Assembly: GCA_964439085.1 (NCBI GenBank) | Contig: CAYTNB010000002.1 | Location: 1-61,523 of the forward strand | Source: an uncultured Desulfobulbia bacterium | GTDB taxonomy: Bacteria > Desulfobacterota > Desulfobulbia > Desulfobulbales > VMSU01 | Reading direction: 5' to 3' | Length of the DNA stretch: 61,523 bases | Shown here: in pieces, positions 10,582 to 20,628 of the stretch | Numbering within the stretch: position 1 is the stretch's first letter | How the letters are laid out: each line of letters begins with the position of its first letter | Made by a program: the position numbers and the translations under genes | The notes under the pieces: generated by a model | What the model saw: the letters and a program-made list of their open reading frames with translations, nothing else | Databases searched by the model: none | What the model was told of the DNA's origin: nothing

Positions 10582-11385
10582 ATGGAAAAGACAATGCGTC
10601 TGGGCGAAATTCTGGTCCAGAAGAGCTTGGCCAATGCCGAGCAGATTGAAGAGGCTGTCCGTATCCAAGTGGGCGGTAACCGTCGCCTGGGGTATATTCT
10701 CATAAAAATGGGGGTGATCAGTGATGATCAGCTCATGGACGTTCTATCCGGCCAGTTGGATGTGCCGATTATCAAGATTGATGACGAGTTTTCGCCAGAT
10801 GTCAAAAGACTCATTCCCCGATATCTTTGCCAAAAATATACAGTCGCTCCCATAATCAAAGAAGACCACAATATTTTAAATCTAGCCATGGTCGACCCCT
10901 CTGACGATCATGCAATAGCCGATATCGAGGGCTACACAGGGCTGGTGGTTAAGCCCATGTTGGCCAGAGAAAAGGACATCTCTGCGGCCATTAAAAATCA
11001 CATCCCCTTTTCAATAAGGGATCTTTTTAACCCGCAGGTCTATGGCCGTGCTGCTAAAATTACTTCTCTTGTCGCCGTTGTCCTGCTTGTGGTAATTGGT
11101 ATCGCTTCATACCAATACATAAAGACGGAAAAATATGGCACAATTTCTGTTATTGGGGATTCTCAAACCTTTAAAAATCATGATTTAATGATTGGTGTTG
11201 AAGGTAGCGGCAAGATTTCATTCCTGGGCCATGGGGCCTACTCCAAAGGGTTTTATTCCGTCACCTTTAATTCAAGTGCCGCCCTAAAATCTTTTCTTGA
11301 CCAAAAACGAAAAAACTTCTCCGACAAACAGTATTATTGGCTGACGTGGGTGATTGACAATCAATTATCAAAGCCCAGACACTAA
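10582..11385 (+). CDS. Stand-alone MshEN (GspE/PilB N-terminal) domain membrane protein
   Basis: Tandem RLGEILVQK...IQ and RLGYILIKMG...GQ motifs, LAMVDP motif, one TM helix, no Walker A. Confidence 0.8.
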   Translation: MEKTMRLGEILVQKSLANAEQIEEAVRIQVGGNRRLGYILIKMGVISDDQLMDVLSGQLDVPIIKIDDEFSPDVKRLIPRYLCQKYTVAPIIKEDHNILNLAMVDPSDDHAIADIEGYTGLVVKPMLAREKDISAAIKNHIPFSIRDLFNPQVYGRAAKITSLVAVVLLVVIGIASYQYIKTEKYGTISVIGDSQTFKNHDLMIGVEGSGKISFLGHGAYSKGFYSVTFNSSAALKSFLDQKRKNFSDKQYYWLTWVIDNQLSKPRH

Positions 11386-11388
11386 GCT

Positions 11389-12888
11389 TTGAGTCCCAGA
11401 CAGTTCAGACATGACAACCAGCTACCGCCAGAAAAATTGGCAGCCACCGGGTTTACAAAGGCACTTTGGCAGCGCTTATGGCCCCGGCCAGAGGCAGAAT
11501 CTTCTTCGTTTCGACAATTTTTTTGGGCGCTTTTCCGAATTGTTGCGGTTTTCTGCCGTGAATTCCAACGTAATAATATACCACTGCGCTCCAGTGCCCT
11601 CACTTTTACCATCGTTCTTTCTCTCGTTCCTACTCTGGCCCTTGGCACCGCCGTCTTAAAGGGCCTGGGGGCCGGGAATCAAATGCGTGAGGCCGCCTAT
11701 CGTTTTGTTGATCAAATTGAAGGAACCTCCCCTCAATCTATCGCTCGCCAGGAACCAAAAGCGTCGGCTGCGAGTACAGCAGATAGCGGCCTAACGCCAT
11801 CACCAGAGGCAAATAACGAGAGCAACGCTCCCCTCTCCACCAATACCAAGATACAGGGCCATCTCCATTTGGCCGTTACCAAAATTTTCGACTACGTTGA
11901 ACGTACTGATTTCGCTGCCTTGGGCGCCTTTGGAATTATTGGCCTGGTGATCGCAGTTTTGAGCGTTTTAACCAGAATAGAACAGGCGATGAACGTTATC
12001 TGGCGAGCCACTGCCGGTCGTCCCATGGGTCGAAAATTGATGGATTACCTGGCCTTGATGATCTTGTTGCCCATCTGCGTGAATCTTGGTTTTGCGGCTG
12101 AGGCAATGCTCAGGAATAAGGCCATGCTTAAAATTGTGCATGAGCTTTTGCCTATAACCCAATTGTCGCAGTTCTTCTTCAGTATACTCCCCATGCTTAT
12201 TATCATTACCACCTTCTCTGTTTTGTACCGTTTTTTACCTAATATTAAAGTGCGATTGCTGCCCGCCCTGGCCGGGGGGATAGTCGGTGGTATAAGCTGG
12301 TTTTTGATCCAAGCCATTTATGTTAAATTACAGATTGGCGTTGCGAAATATAATGCGATTTATGGCTCTTTTGCCACGCTGCCTCTTTTTCTACTCTGGC
12401 TGAATATCGCCTGGCTGGTCTTCCTGTCCGGGGCCGAGGTTTCATTCGCCTGCCAGGTTTTCAAGGACTACGAGTGGCAGCCCCCCAAACTTAGCTCCTA
12501 TAACCGTTTGGCCCTGGCCTTCGATCTGCTGGATGATATTTTCATTGATTTTAAAGAACGACACTTGACCACCTTAGCCGATTTGAGAGTTCGGTACAGT
12601 CAATACAACTACCGTTCCATCACTACCGTACTGACCTTATTGGTCGAAGGCGGTCTCCTGCGTCAAGTTGAAGGCACAAGCGACAGCTATGTGCCAGGCG
12701 CACCCGTAGCCAGTTTCACCCCTGCCGATGTAATTAAGCTCGTTTGGGGCGGAGAACACAACGGGCATCATGCCTTGGTTGATCAAGCCTTGAACCACGC
12801 CTCCACAGGGCTCACCTGGCCGCGCCTGGACAGTGGTTATGCTTCTAACGATGGTGGCGATGCCCCTCTTGATACTGAGCTCTGCTAG
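11389..12888 (+). CDS. YihY/BrkB family membrane protein with C-terminal extension
   Basis: SALTFTIVLSLVP, IEQAMNVIW, YNAIYGSFATLPLFLLWL. Confidence 0.88.
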   Translation: MSPRQFRHDNQLPPEKLAATGFTKALWQRLWPRPEAESSSFRQFFWALFRIVAVFCREFQRNNIPLRSSALTFTIVLSLVPTLALGTAVLKGLGAGNQMREAAYRFVDQIEGTSPQSIARQEPKASAASTADSGLTPSPEANNESNAPLSTNTKIQGHLHLAVTKIFDYVERTDFAALGAFGIIGLVIAVLSVLTRIEQAMNVIWRATAGRPMGRKLMDYLALMILLPICVNLGFAAEAMLRNKAMLKIVHELLPITQLSQFFFSILPMLIIITTFSVLYRFLPNIKVRLLPALAGGIVGGISWFLIQAIYVKLQIGVAKYNAIYGSFATLPLFLLWLNIAWLVFLSGAEVSFACQVFKDYEWQPPKLSSYNRLALAFDLLDDIFIDFKERHLTTLADLRVRYSQYNYRSITTVLTLLVEGGLLRQVEGTSDSYVPGAPVASFTPADVIKLVWGGEHNGHHALVDQALNHASTGLTWPRLDSGYASNDGGDAPLDTELC

Positions 12889-12890
12889 CG

Positions 12891-15605
12891 ATGGAACTTA
12901 TAACCACCCACCTACACGCCGATTTCGATGCCCTGGCTGCTATGGTAGCTGTTCACAAACTCTACCCCGAAGCGGTTCTCGCTTTTCCCGGTTCACAAGA
13001 AAAGAATGTGCGGGATTTTCTCGATCAAGGCCGACAGTATGAGTTTCAGCGTCTAAAAAATATCCCCATTGCCCAAATAACCAAGCTTATTGTGGTTGAC
13101 ACCCGCCAGCAGAGCCGCATTGGCAAGTTTGCGGAATGTCTTAAGAACCCCGATCTGGAAATCCATCTCTTTGACCATCATCCCGATGCGCCAGGCGATA
13201 TAAGCGGCGATCATGAAGTTGTACGAAGTGTCGGTTCCACCACCACCATTCTGGTGGATATATTCCAACGTCGTAATATAGAAATAAGCGTTGATGAAGC
13301 CACTTTGCTGCTCATGGCCATTCATGAGGATACCGGATCATTCACCTTTGATTCTACCACCCCGGATGATCTAGACGCCGCCGTCTGGCTCATGCGGCAT
13401 GGGGCACAAATCAATCTGCTCAGCCAATTCATTGCCCAGGAGCTATCGGTCTATGAACTTGGTTTGCTGAATGATATGATTAATGGCGCTGCAACTTATA
13501 CTATTCAGGGCGTCGATCTGGTGATTGCCAAACTGAGCGTCAAGGACTATGTCAACGAGTTTGCCAGACTGGTACGGAAATTCATGGTCATGGAGAATCT
13601 TAATGCCCTGTTCGCCCTGGCTCGGATGGGTGACCGCATTTACCTGATTGCCCGCAGCCGGATACCAGAGGTGAATGTAGGTAATATTGCCCAGGAATTC
13701 GGCGGCGGCGGCCATGCCTCAGCCGCTTCGGCTACCATTAAGGGGATGACCCTGGTGGAGGTGGAAGATAAACTTGTGCAGGCCCTCCATAAATGCGTCC
13801 TGCCCGTAAGCCGGGCCTTTGATCTAATGTCGGCGCCGGTTATTTCATCCGGGCCAAAAATCAGCATTAATCAGGCCCATGAAATTCTGACTCGTTACAG
13901 CATAACCGTTCTGCCAATTGTAGAAGATGAACAGCGAGTAGTCGGTCTAATCTCCAGACGGGTAGTGGAAAAGGCAATTTTTCACGGCCTTGGCGAACTG
14001 GCGGCTGGCGATTATATGAGCACCGATTTTGCCACTTTACCCTCCACTGCCACCTTGGCAGATATTCAAGAAGTGATAATCGGACACCGACAGCGTTTCA
14101 TTCCCGTAGTAGAAAATGACAAAATGCTGGGGGTAATTACCCGTACCGATTTGTTAAATATCCTGATTAAAGATCCATCCCACTCACCCGCCTCATTTCA
14201 CCAGGACGGCCAACCTTCAATCGAGCGCAATCGTAATTTACAGAATCAGCTGGTCGACGGGCTGTCTGACCGAATGATGAAATTACTCCGCGTTATCGGC
14301 GAGGTTGCCCAGGAATATAATTACACCGCTTACGCAGTGGGTGGTTTTGTCCGCGATTTGTTACTGAAGGTTCGTAATTTGGATCTGGATGTCGTTATTG
14401 AAGGCGAGGGCATTAATTTTGCCAGACAATTAGCCAAACGTCTGCGCGGCAAGGTGCGAGCCCATGAAAAATTTAATACCGCAGTGGTGAAGTTGGCTGA
14501 CGGCTTTAAGGTGGATGTGGCCACCGCCCGCCTTGAGTATTATGAGTATCCCGCTGCCATGCCAATAGTGGAGTTGAGTTCCATTAAACTTGATCTATTT
14601 CGTCGTGATTTTACGATTAACGCCATGGCCATCCATCTAAATCCGGATAAATTTGGCATTTTGGTAGATTTCTTCAATTGCCAGAACGATCTCCGGGACC
14701 GGCAAATCAGAATTTTACATAATTTAAGTTTTGTAGAGGATCCGACCCGAATATTCAGGGCAATCCGCTTCGAACAGCGCATGGGATTCAGCCTGGGCAA
14801 ATTAACCAGCAAGCTCATGAAAAACGCCATAAAAATGAAGATGTATGGCCGTTTCACCGCTGGCCGCTTTTTCCACGAATTAAAAATGATTCTCTCTGAA
14901 GAAAATCCCCAACCTGCCATTTACAGGTTGCAGCAATTTAAATTGCTAAAATTTCTCCACCCGGCCCTGATCCTCGATCAGAGGCTGAAGAATATCCTGC
15001 GAGAAACCCACCGCAGTCTGGCCTGGTATAAACGGCTCTATCTGGATAAACCTTGCCGGCAATGGCAGGTCTTCTTATTGGCCTTAACCGCCCACCTGAA
15101 TGCTCGGCAAGTTGCGGAATTTTTCAAGAAATTTGAGGTGCTGGAACGCTGTCAACTAAGCCTTATGCGAGATAAGGTAGAGGCCAAAAAGGTGTTAGTT
15201 GCACTACAAAAGCGTAACCTGTTGGCTGCACCGCCCAAAGAGGGTAAATTCGGCCATTCAGCCCGGGGTAAACGCAACATCAGGACAGAACAACCTAACC
15301 CCGCCCAGATGAAGCCAAGTGAGATATACACCATCCTGCACGGCCTAAGCACCGAGGGACTACTGTATTTAATGGGAGCAGGCACGGATAAGAACTGCCA
15401 CCAGATAGTCTCGCTATATGTCACCAAATTACGAAGTATAAAAACCATCCTTAACGGCGATGACCTGCTGAAAATGGGCTACAAGGCCGGGCCCCAATTT
15501 ACCATTATCCTGACTGGCCTGCTGGAAGCAAAACTGGATGGACTCCTGGAAACAAAAGAGGCCGAAGAAAACTTTGTAAGGAGCCATTTTAAAAAAGATA
15601 CATAA
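12891..15605 (+). CDS. DHH/DHHA1-CBS-nucleotidyltransferase fusion (A-adding type tRNA nucleotidyltransferase)
   Basis: HADFDA, DHH, GGGGH; two CBS domains; VGGFVRD, DLDV, RRDFTINA, EDPTRIFRAIRF. Confidence 0.88.
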   Translation: MELITTHLHADFDALAAMVAVHKLYPEAVLAFPGSQEKNVRDFLDQGRQYEFQRLKNIPIAQITKLIVVDTRQQSRIGKFAECLKNPDLEIHLFDHHPDAPGDISGDHEVVRSVGSTTTILVDIFQRRNIEISVDEATLLLMAIHEDTGSFTFDSTTPDDLDAAVWLMRHGAQINLLSQFIAQELSVYELGLLNDMINGAATYTIQGVDLVIAKLSVKDYVNEFARLVRKFMVMENLNALFALARMGDRIYLIARSRIPEVNVGNIAQEFGGGGHASAASATIKGMTLVEVEDKLVQALHKCVLPVSRAFDLMSAPVISSGPKISINQAHEILTRYSITVLPIVEDEQRVVGLISRRVVEKAIFHGLGELAAGDYMSTDFATLPSTATLADIQEVIIGHRQRFIPVVENDKMLGVITRTDLLNILIKDPSHSPASFHQDGQPSIERNRNLQNQLVDGLSDRMMKLLRVIGEVAQEYNYTAYAVGGFVRDLLLKVRNLDLDVVIEGEGINFARQLAKRLRGKVRAHEKFNTAVVKLADGFKVDVATARLEYYEYPAAMPIVELSSIKLDLFRRDFTINAMAIHLNPDKFGILVDFFNCQNDLRDRQIRILHNLSFVEDPTRIFRAIRFEQRMGFSLGKLTSKLMKNAIKMKMYGRFTAGRFFHELKMILSEENPQPAIYRLQQFKLLKFLHPALILDQRLKNILRETHRSLAWYKRLYLDKPCRQWQVFLLALTAHLNARQVAEFFKKFEVLERCQLSLMRDKVEAKKVLVALQKRNLLAAPPKEGKFGHSARGKRNIRTEQPNPAQMKPSEIYTILHGLSTEGLLYLMGAGTDKNCHQIVSLYVTKLRSIKTILNGDDLLKMGYKAGPQFTIILTGLLEAKLDGLLETKEAEENFVRSHFKKDT

Positions 15606-15630
15606 CGACACTTTAAGGTTTACGAGGCAC
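15606..15630. repeat. Solo family C terminal repeat
   Basis: cgacactttaaggtttacgaggcac followed by tag. Confidence 0.75.
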
Positions 15631-15699
15631 TAGAAGCTTTTTCAGAATTTAACAAGAAAATATCACCAGATGTTGGGTTCTTTTGAAAATATCAGTTAT

Positions 15700-15822
15700 C
15701 TAACACCCCACGAGGGGGTATCGGAGTCTACGCTTACCTACGTGCACCTTATAAATTATTTTCTAAAAAACAGGTAAGCGGAGCGAAGCGTAGACTCCGA
15801 GAAAACAATCTGTAAGGTGCTA
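15700..15822 (-). repeat. Family B copy B2
   Basis: Near reverse complement of B3. Confidence 0.9.
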
Positions 15823-15869
15823 AACTCAAATTTATTTTTCACAAAAAACCAATAAAATTGAAAATTTAC

Positions 15870-15900
15870 TTGACAAATAGCCATAAAAATCAAATATAAT
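15870..15900 (+). promoter_or_regulatory. Candidate sigma70 promoter of the porin gene
   Basis: TTGACA-19 nt-TATAAT; consensus hexamers, long spacer. Confidence 0.5.
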
Positions 15901-16149
15901 GTTCTTTATCCTGTGTCCAGGTTCTGTATAGGAGCAGATTCTGAGGCAGGACGTTTTGGGGACGGCATCTGAAATGGTTGAAAAGATAGACTTTTCTATT
16001 CAGATGCTGAAACGTGTAGGCGAAATTTAGCTGGGAGGCCCCATTTTTCAGACCTTATTTTATGTAAGTAATGGATCGGAAGGATGGAACTTTTTGGGCT
16101 GACTTTTACCTGTCGTTAATTTTTTAAATTGGAAAAGGAGTAAAGAGTT

Positions 16150-17517
16150 ATGAAAAAGACTTTAAGCATTACCGCATTGAGTACCGTATTGGTATTGGGC
16201 ATGGCCGCTGGTGCCTTGGCTGACCACCTCCAAACACCGGCTGAAACAGCCGTATCTTCCGCTGGCGCAGCCAAACTGACCATTGATGGAGCCATTCGTC
16301 ATCGTGGCATGATTGACAAGTCTAATTCTTCTAAAGATACTCCTGCGAATAGCAGCTATAACAGCCGCGCTCGTTTAGGAGTTAAAGCCAAAGCGGATCA
16401 TGTTACTGGTTATTTGCAGCTTGAAACTGGTGCTGGCACCAATGATAACTATAATTGGGGCACTGGTTCTGCCGCAGGACTGCATGTGGGTGGTTACAAG
16501 ACCCCTGGCACAATGACTCTTCTGCAGTCTTGGGTTCAGTATCAGCCTGGTGACTGGGGTGTTAAAGTAGGTCATATGCCTTTGGCTCTCGGGAATAAGG
16601 TATTCTTTGATCACACGGGTTCAGGTGATGATGCCATAATGGCCTATAAGGCCATGGGCGACACCCATGTTGCCGGTATCCTGATCAAGTTTGATGAGCA
16701 AAACACAAAGGACAGTACCGATGATCTGGACGGTTATGTAGCTCTGGCTACCCATAAGTTCAGTGATAATCTGGATGCCGGGATTAACTGGACTTATTTG
16801 AAAGGTGCTGCCAAAACAGGAGATAATGCTAGCCCATATATTTTGGCAGCTGCCACTGCTGGCATGTCCATGAGCAATGTAGGCATGAATGCCAATTATC
16901 GTCAGGATAATCTGTCGTTCCTGGCCGACCTGGAATTACAGTTTGGTGATGTCTCTGACAATGGCACAACTAAAGTAGATGCTGGCGGTTGGGCCCTGAA
17001 GCTGGCTGCTAATATGGATCTTGGCACTGCCAAGGTTGGTCTGCTTTATGGTTATGGTTCAGGTGATGATGGTACCGATGCAACCAGTAATGATAACTTT
17101 TTGACCTTCGTAACTGATACCAACTACGACACACTGATTGCTAATTATCGGGCTACCACTCCTGGCTCATTTGTCAAATATTCTGGATTATCAAATCTAT
17201 CCGAATACCAGATCAACGTGGCCACTAAAACAATCTGCCCCATGACTGGCAAGCAGCTCTCCATCAAGGCTTCTGCAACCTATCTACAGGTGAATGAAGA
17301 AGCTGCTGCAACTGCTGGCGGTTATCTTGGTACAGATAGTGATATAGGTACCGAGTTGGATGCAATTGCTTCCTGGTCCCTGGCTCCTGGCTTGGTTTAC
17401 AAGGTTGAGGCTGCGTATATGTTTGTTGGCGATGCCTGGAACACTGCTACAACCGGGAACGGCGCAAATCCTGATGATTTGTACTTCTTGCGTCATCGTA
17501 TAGAGTACTCATTCTAA
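16150..17517 (+). CDS. Outer-membrane beta-barrel porin, deltaproteobacterial type
   Basis: Signal peptide, alternating beta-strand pattern, C-terminal IEYSF, strong RBS AAGGAG. Confidence 0.8.
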   Translation: MKKTLSITALSTVLVLGMAAGALADHLQTPAETAVSSAGAAKLTIDGAIRHRGMIDKSNSSKDTPANSSYNSRARLGVKAKADHVTGYLQLETGAGTNDNYNWGTGSAAGLHVGGYKTPGTMTLLQSWVQYQPGDWGVKVGHMPLALGNKVFFDHTGSGDDAIMAYKAMGDTHVAGILIKFDEQNTKDSTDDLDGYVALATHKFSDNLDAGINWTYLKGAAKTGDNASPYILAAATAGMSMSNVGMNANYRQDNLSFLADLELQFGDVSDNGTTKVDAGGWALKLAANMDLGTAKVGLLYGYGSGDDGTDATSNDNFLTFVTDTNYDTLIANYRATTPGSFVKYSGLSNLSEYQINVATKTICPMTGKQLSIKASATYLQVNEEAAATAGGYLGTDSDIGTELDAIASWSLAPGLVYKVEAAYMFVGDAWNTATTGNGANPDDLYFLRHRIEYSF

Positions 17518-17519
17518 TT

Positions 17520-17639
17520 TAGTACCTTATAGATTGTTTTCTCGGAGTCTACGCTTCGCTCCGCTTACCTGTTTTTTAGAAAAGAATTTATAAAGTACTA
17601 GGTAAGCGTAGACTCCGATACCCCCTCGTGGGGTGTTGG
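17520..17639 (+). repeat. Family B copy B3
   Basis: Full-length match to B1/B9, directly after the porin stop. Confidence 0.9.
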
Positions 17640-17704
17640 TTTTTTTAAGTTATAACAGGGGCGCATATTATGATATAGTAAAGCCCCGCATATCCAGTAT
17701 ACAA

Positions 17705-17743
17705 GCCCGTTCAGGTTAATTCCTGGGCGGGCCTTTTTGTTTT
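17705..17743 (+). terminator. Rho-independent terminator after the porin
   Basis: gcccgttcagg-ttaatt-cctgggcgggc then T-rich tract. Confidence 0.8.
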
Positions 17744-18029
17744 AATGTTCTGAGCCAGAACGAAAAAGAAGGCAAAGTGGATAAACTTTATTCTTTAAGG
17801 ATACCGGGGTACCTGGCGCCTGTCTCTTCTGCCTGACATTGCATAAAATATATCGGCATTACATATTTTGTTACTTGTGGGAACTTATTTGGAGTATACT
17901 GTTGATCCGTCAAGGTTCGCTCACAATTTTGCGCCCTTGTAACCAAATACGATTATCCACGTTCACTTGAATCCATGAGCAAATTTTTATAAAATATTCC
18001 ATAAATAACGGGAATGATGCCAATCCTAC

Positions 18030-18057
18030 TTGCAATACGTGAAATCGTGAATATAAT
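18030..18057 (+). promoter_or_regulatory. Candidate sigma70 promoter
   Basis: TTGCAA-16 nt-TATAAT about 50 bp upstream of ATG 18106. Confidence 0.5.
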
Positions 18058-18105
18058 CGTCGAAAATGTTAACCAAAGTCAATAAAACACTAACCAACGA
18101 AACCA

Positions 18106-19758
18106 ATGCTTAATAAAACCATACACTTATTCGTCTTTTTGGCCGTCTTTGTCTCATCTTCCTCTTTTGCGGCCCAGCCCCCCGCTACCCTGGCCTTGCT
18201 TCCATTTCAGTTGCATGCCGCCAAAGACCTTTCGTATCTTGGTAGTGGCATTCAATCCATGCTGGCTAGTCGTTTAACGGCTAACGCCGGAGTTCGGATC
18301 GTTAAACAGTCAGCTGGAGCCGATTATGTCTTAAACGGCAGCCTTACCTCCCTGGGTGGCGCTCTCTCCATTGATGCGGTCTTGACCGCTGCCAAGGGCG
18401 GTGCACCTCAGAATTTTTATGCAACGGCCCCCAAAGAAGATGCCATCATTCGGGCCATTAATTTAATGTCTTGGGATATAGCAGTAAAGTCATTCGGCAA
18501 GAAAAGACCGGCAAACACCACATCTATTCAACAACAAGTGGCTTCTATTCCGGCAGCCTCTGCACCTGCTCCCGCTTATCGCACAGCCAATCCGGAACGG
18601 GCCTTCAGGAGCAGCTACCAGGGCGGTTATGGTATGGGTAATCTGGCTCAACCTGTCGGTGTTGCCAATACCCCTTTTGGCTTCACTAAGAGCCAAAACT
18701 TCCGGATGGGTCTCACGGCTATGGATGTAGGTGATGTTGACGGTGACGGCCAGGCTGAATATGTATTGGCTGCCAAACATGAATTAAGGATTTATCGCGG
18801 CCATGGCTCACGTTTTGAAAAAATTGCCCAGCTTTCCACATCAGAGCGCTATGCCATCCACGCCGTCACCCTGGCAGATCTGAATAACAATGGCCGGATG
18901 GAGATATATGTCAGTGCTGCCGACGCCAAACGACCCAACTCCTTTGTCCTGGAGTGGGATGGTAAACAATTTGCAAAGTTGGCTGATAATCAGAAATTTT
19001 ATATACGGGTAATTGACATCCCAGGTGAGGGGCCGGTTCTGGCTGGCCAGAAAGATGGTTTTGGTAATCTGCTGTCTCCGGGCATATTCCGTCTATCACT
19101 CAAGAACGGGAACCTTGTGAAGGGAGCTAAAGTACCAGTAAATGGTGTTAATCTCTTTGATTTCAGTATAGCAGATCTTGATGGTAATGGTACCAACGAG
19201 GTGATAGCCATCAGCCATGGCAACAAAATCCTGGTTCTGCGTCCCAATGGTACCGTAAAATGGGTTAGTGATGATTATTATGGCGGAACCACGAAATATT
19301 TGGGTGGTATCGGCTTCGACGATATAGATAAAGATGTGGAAAACGGTTCCTTCGATCCAGAAAGGATTTATGTCCCGGCTCGCATCCTCATCCGAGATGT
19401 TAACGGTGACGGCCAACCAGACGTAATTATCAATAAAAATTTATCAAGCGCTTCTCGTCTATTGGCCAGGCACAAAAGTTTTCCAAGCGGCGAAATTCAC
19501 GCCCTGACTTGGAACGGCATAGGTTTAACTGAATTATGGCATACCCGTAAAATCGACGGTTATATTGCCGATTATAATCTTGGCCCCATACACAAGGTAA
19601 AAGTTGACGATGGCAAAGGTGGCAAAGGGACAGTGAATGGCGCAGAATTATATGTTGGACTGGTTTTACGCAGTGGCGGACTAAATATTTTGAAGAATTC
19701 CGATAGTACCATTCTTACTTTTCCACTGCAATTACCCGAGTCCAAGCCCCTGAAGTAG
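18106..19758 (+). CDS. Exported FG-GAP/VCBS repeat protein
   Basis: Signal peptide; GDVDGDG, ADLNNNG, ADLDGNG, DVNGDG repeats. Confidence 0.85.
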   Translation: MLNKTIHLFVFLAVFVSSSSFAAQPPATLALLPFQLHAAKDLSYLGSGIQSMLASRLTANAGVRIVKQSAGADYVLNGSLTSLGGALSIDAVLTAAKGGAPQNFYATAPKEDAIIRAINLMSWDIAVKSFGKKRPANTTSIQQQVASIPAASAPAPAYRTANPERAFRSSYQGGYGMGNLAQPVGVANTPFGFTKSQNFRMGLTAMDVGDVDGDGQAEYVLAAKHELRIYRGHGSRFEKIAQLSTSERYAIHAVTLADLNNNGRMEIYVSAADAKRPNSFVLEWDGKQFAKLADNQKFYIRVIDIPGEGPVLAGQKDGFGNLLSPGIFRLSLKNGNLVKGAKVPVNGVNLFDFSIADLDGNGTNEVIAISHGNKILVLRPNGTVKWVSDDYYGGTTKYLGGIGFDDIDKDVENGSFDPERIYVPARILIRDVNGDGQPDVIINKNLSSASRLLARHKSFPSGEIHALTWNGIGLTELWHTRKIDGYIADYNLGPIHKVKVDDGKGGKGTVNGAELYVGLVLRSGGLNILKNSDSTILTFPLQLPESKPLK

Positions 19759-19875
19759 TAAATTAGTAAGATCAGTATTGTGTTTATCACACATATTATC
19801 TTGACAGACCACTTGGTGACGGATTAATATAAATAAGGAGAGTTTGTGTATTATTAATTTTTTTGACCTTTAAAA

Positions 19876-20583
19876 TTGACGATGAAGCCAATTACAAAGT
19901 TAACCACTTTTTTAGGAGCCATTTTTATTGCCTCCAGTGCTGCTGCTGCGCCAGCTTCCGGGGGGACGGCTTTGCATTTTTCCTTGACCGTGCAGCCTGT
20001 TCAGTCAAATCAACTTGCTCTTTCCCCTGCATCCACATTATCTGTGCTTAATGGCAGTAATATTGTCGCCCCATCAGGTGGGATCAAGGTCGATACGGCT
20101 TTAACTGCCGGTAACATAAGTGGCGGCGTTACCTTTTTGCAGGGTGATGCCTTACAGGGAGATTCATTTTCCAATTGGTATGAGGCCTCACCAAAAGCCG
20201 ACCTCGGACTACAGCCCGTATTTATTCTACCCTGTGAATATCTTGATTCGTACACCACCTTAAACGTGCCTTCCAACTCCCATAGTAATTCTGAGGGAAT
20301 TGCGATTCATGGCGGTTATGAGCTCAGCCCCAATTTGCAGATTAACGGCGCTTTTCTGGTTGCCAAATCAACAAAGCTAACCAAGGTAGATGAGCTTCAG
20401 GTTACATCCGAAAAAACTAATTGGCAGCTTAATCTGGGTGGCGCATATAAGTTTAAAGATAATCTGGTTTACAGTGTAAATTTTGGTTATCTGGACGGCG
20501 GTAACATTTTCCAGAAAAATAACGCCGATCTTTCGCAGGGCCATTCATATGTAGTGAAACATCAATTGAATATGAGTTTTTAA
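19876..20583 (+). CDS. Exported protein with porin-like C-terminal beta strands
   Basis: Signal peptide; WQLNLGGAYKFKDNLVYSVNFGY...KHQLNMSF resembles the end of the 16150 porin. Confidence 0.6.
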   Translation: MTMKPITKLTTFLGAIFIASSAAAAPASGGTALHFSLTVQPVQSNQLALSPASTLSVLNGSNIVAPSGGIKVDTALTAGNISGGVTFLQGDALQGDSFSNWYEASPKADLGLQPVFILPCEYLDSYTTLNVPSNSHSNSEGIAIHGGYELSPNLQINGAFLVAKSTKLTKVDELQVTSEKTNWQLNLGGAYKFKDNLVYSVNFGYLDGGNIFQKNNADLSQGHSYVVKHQLNMSF

Positions 20584-20628
20584 AAGTTGCAGCTATTCGG
20601 TTACAACTCATCTTGAGTCCCTTTTTTT

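Noticed and set aside
17745-18105. Possible oriC from TTATCCAC matches near 17776 and 17953
   Set aside because: Only two imperfect DnaA boxes, no dnaA/gidA context.
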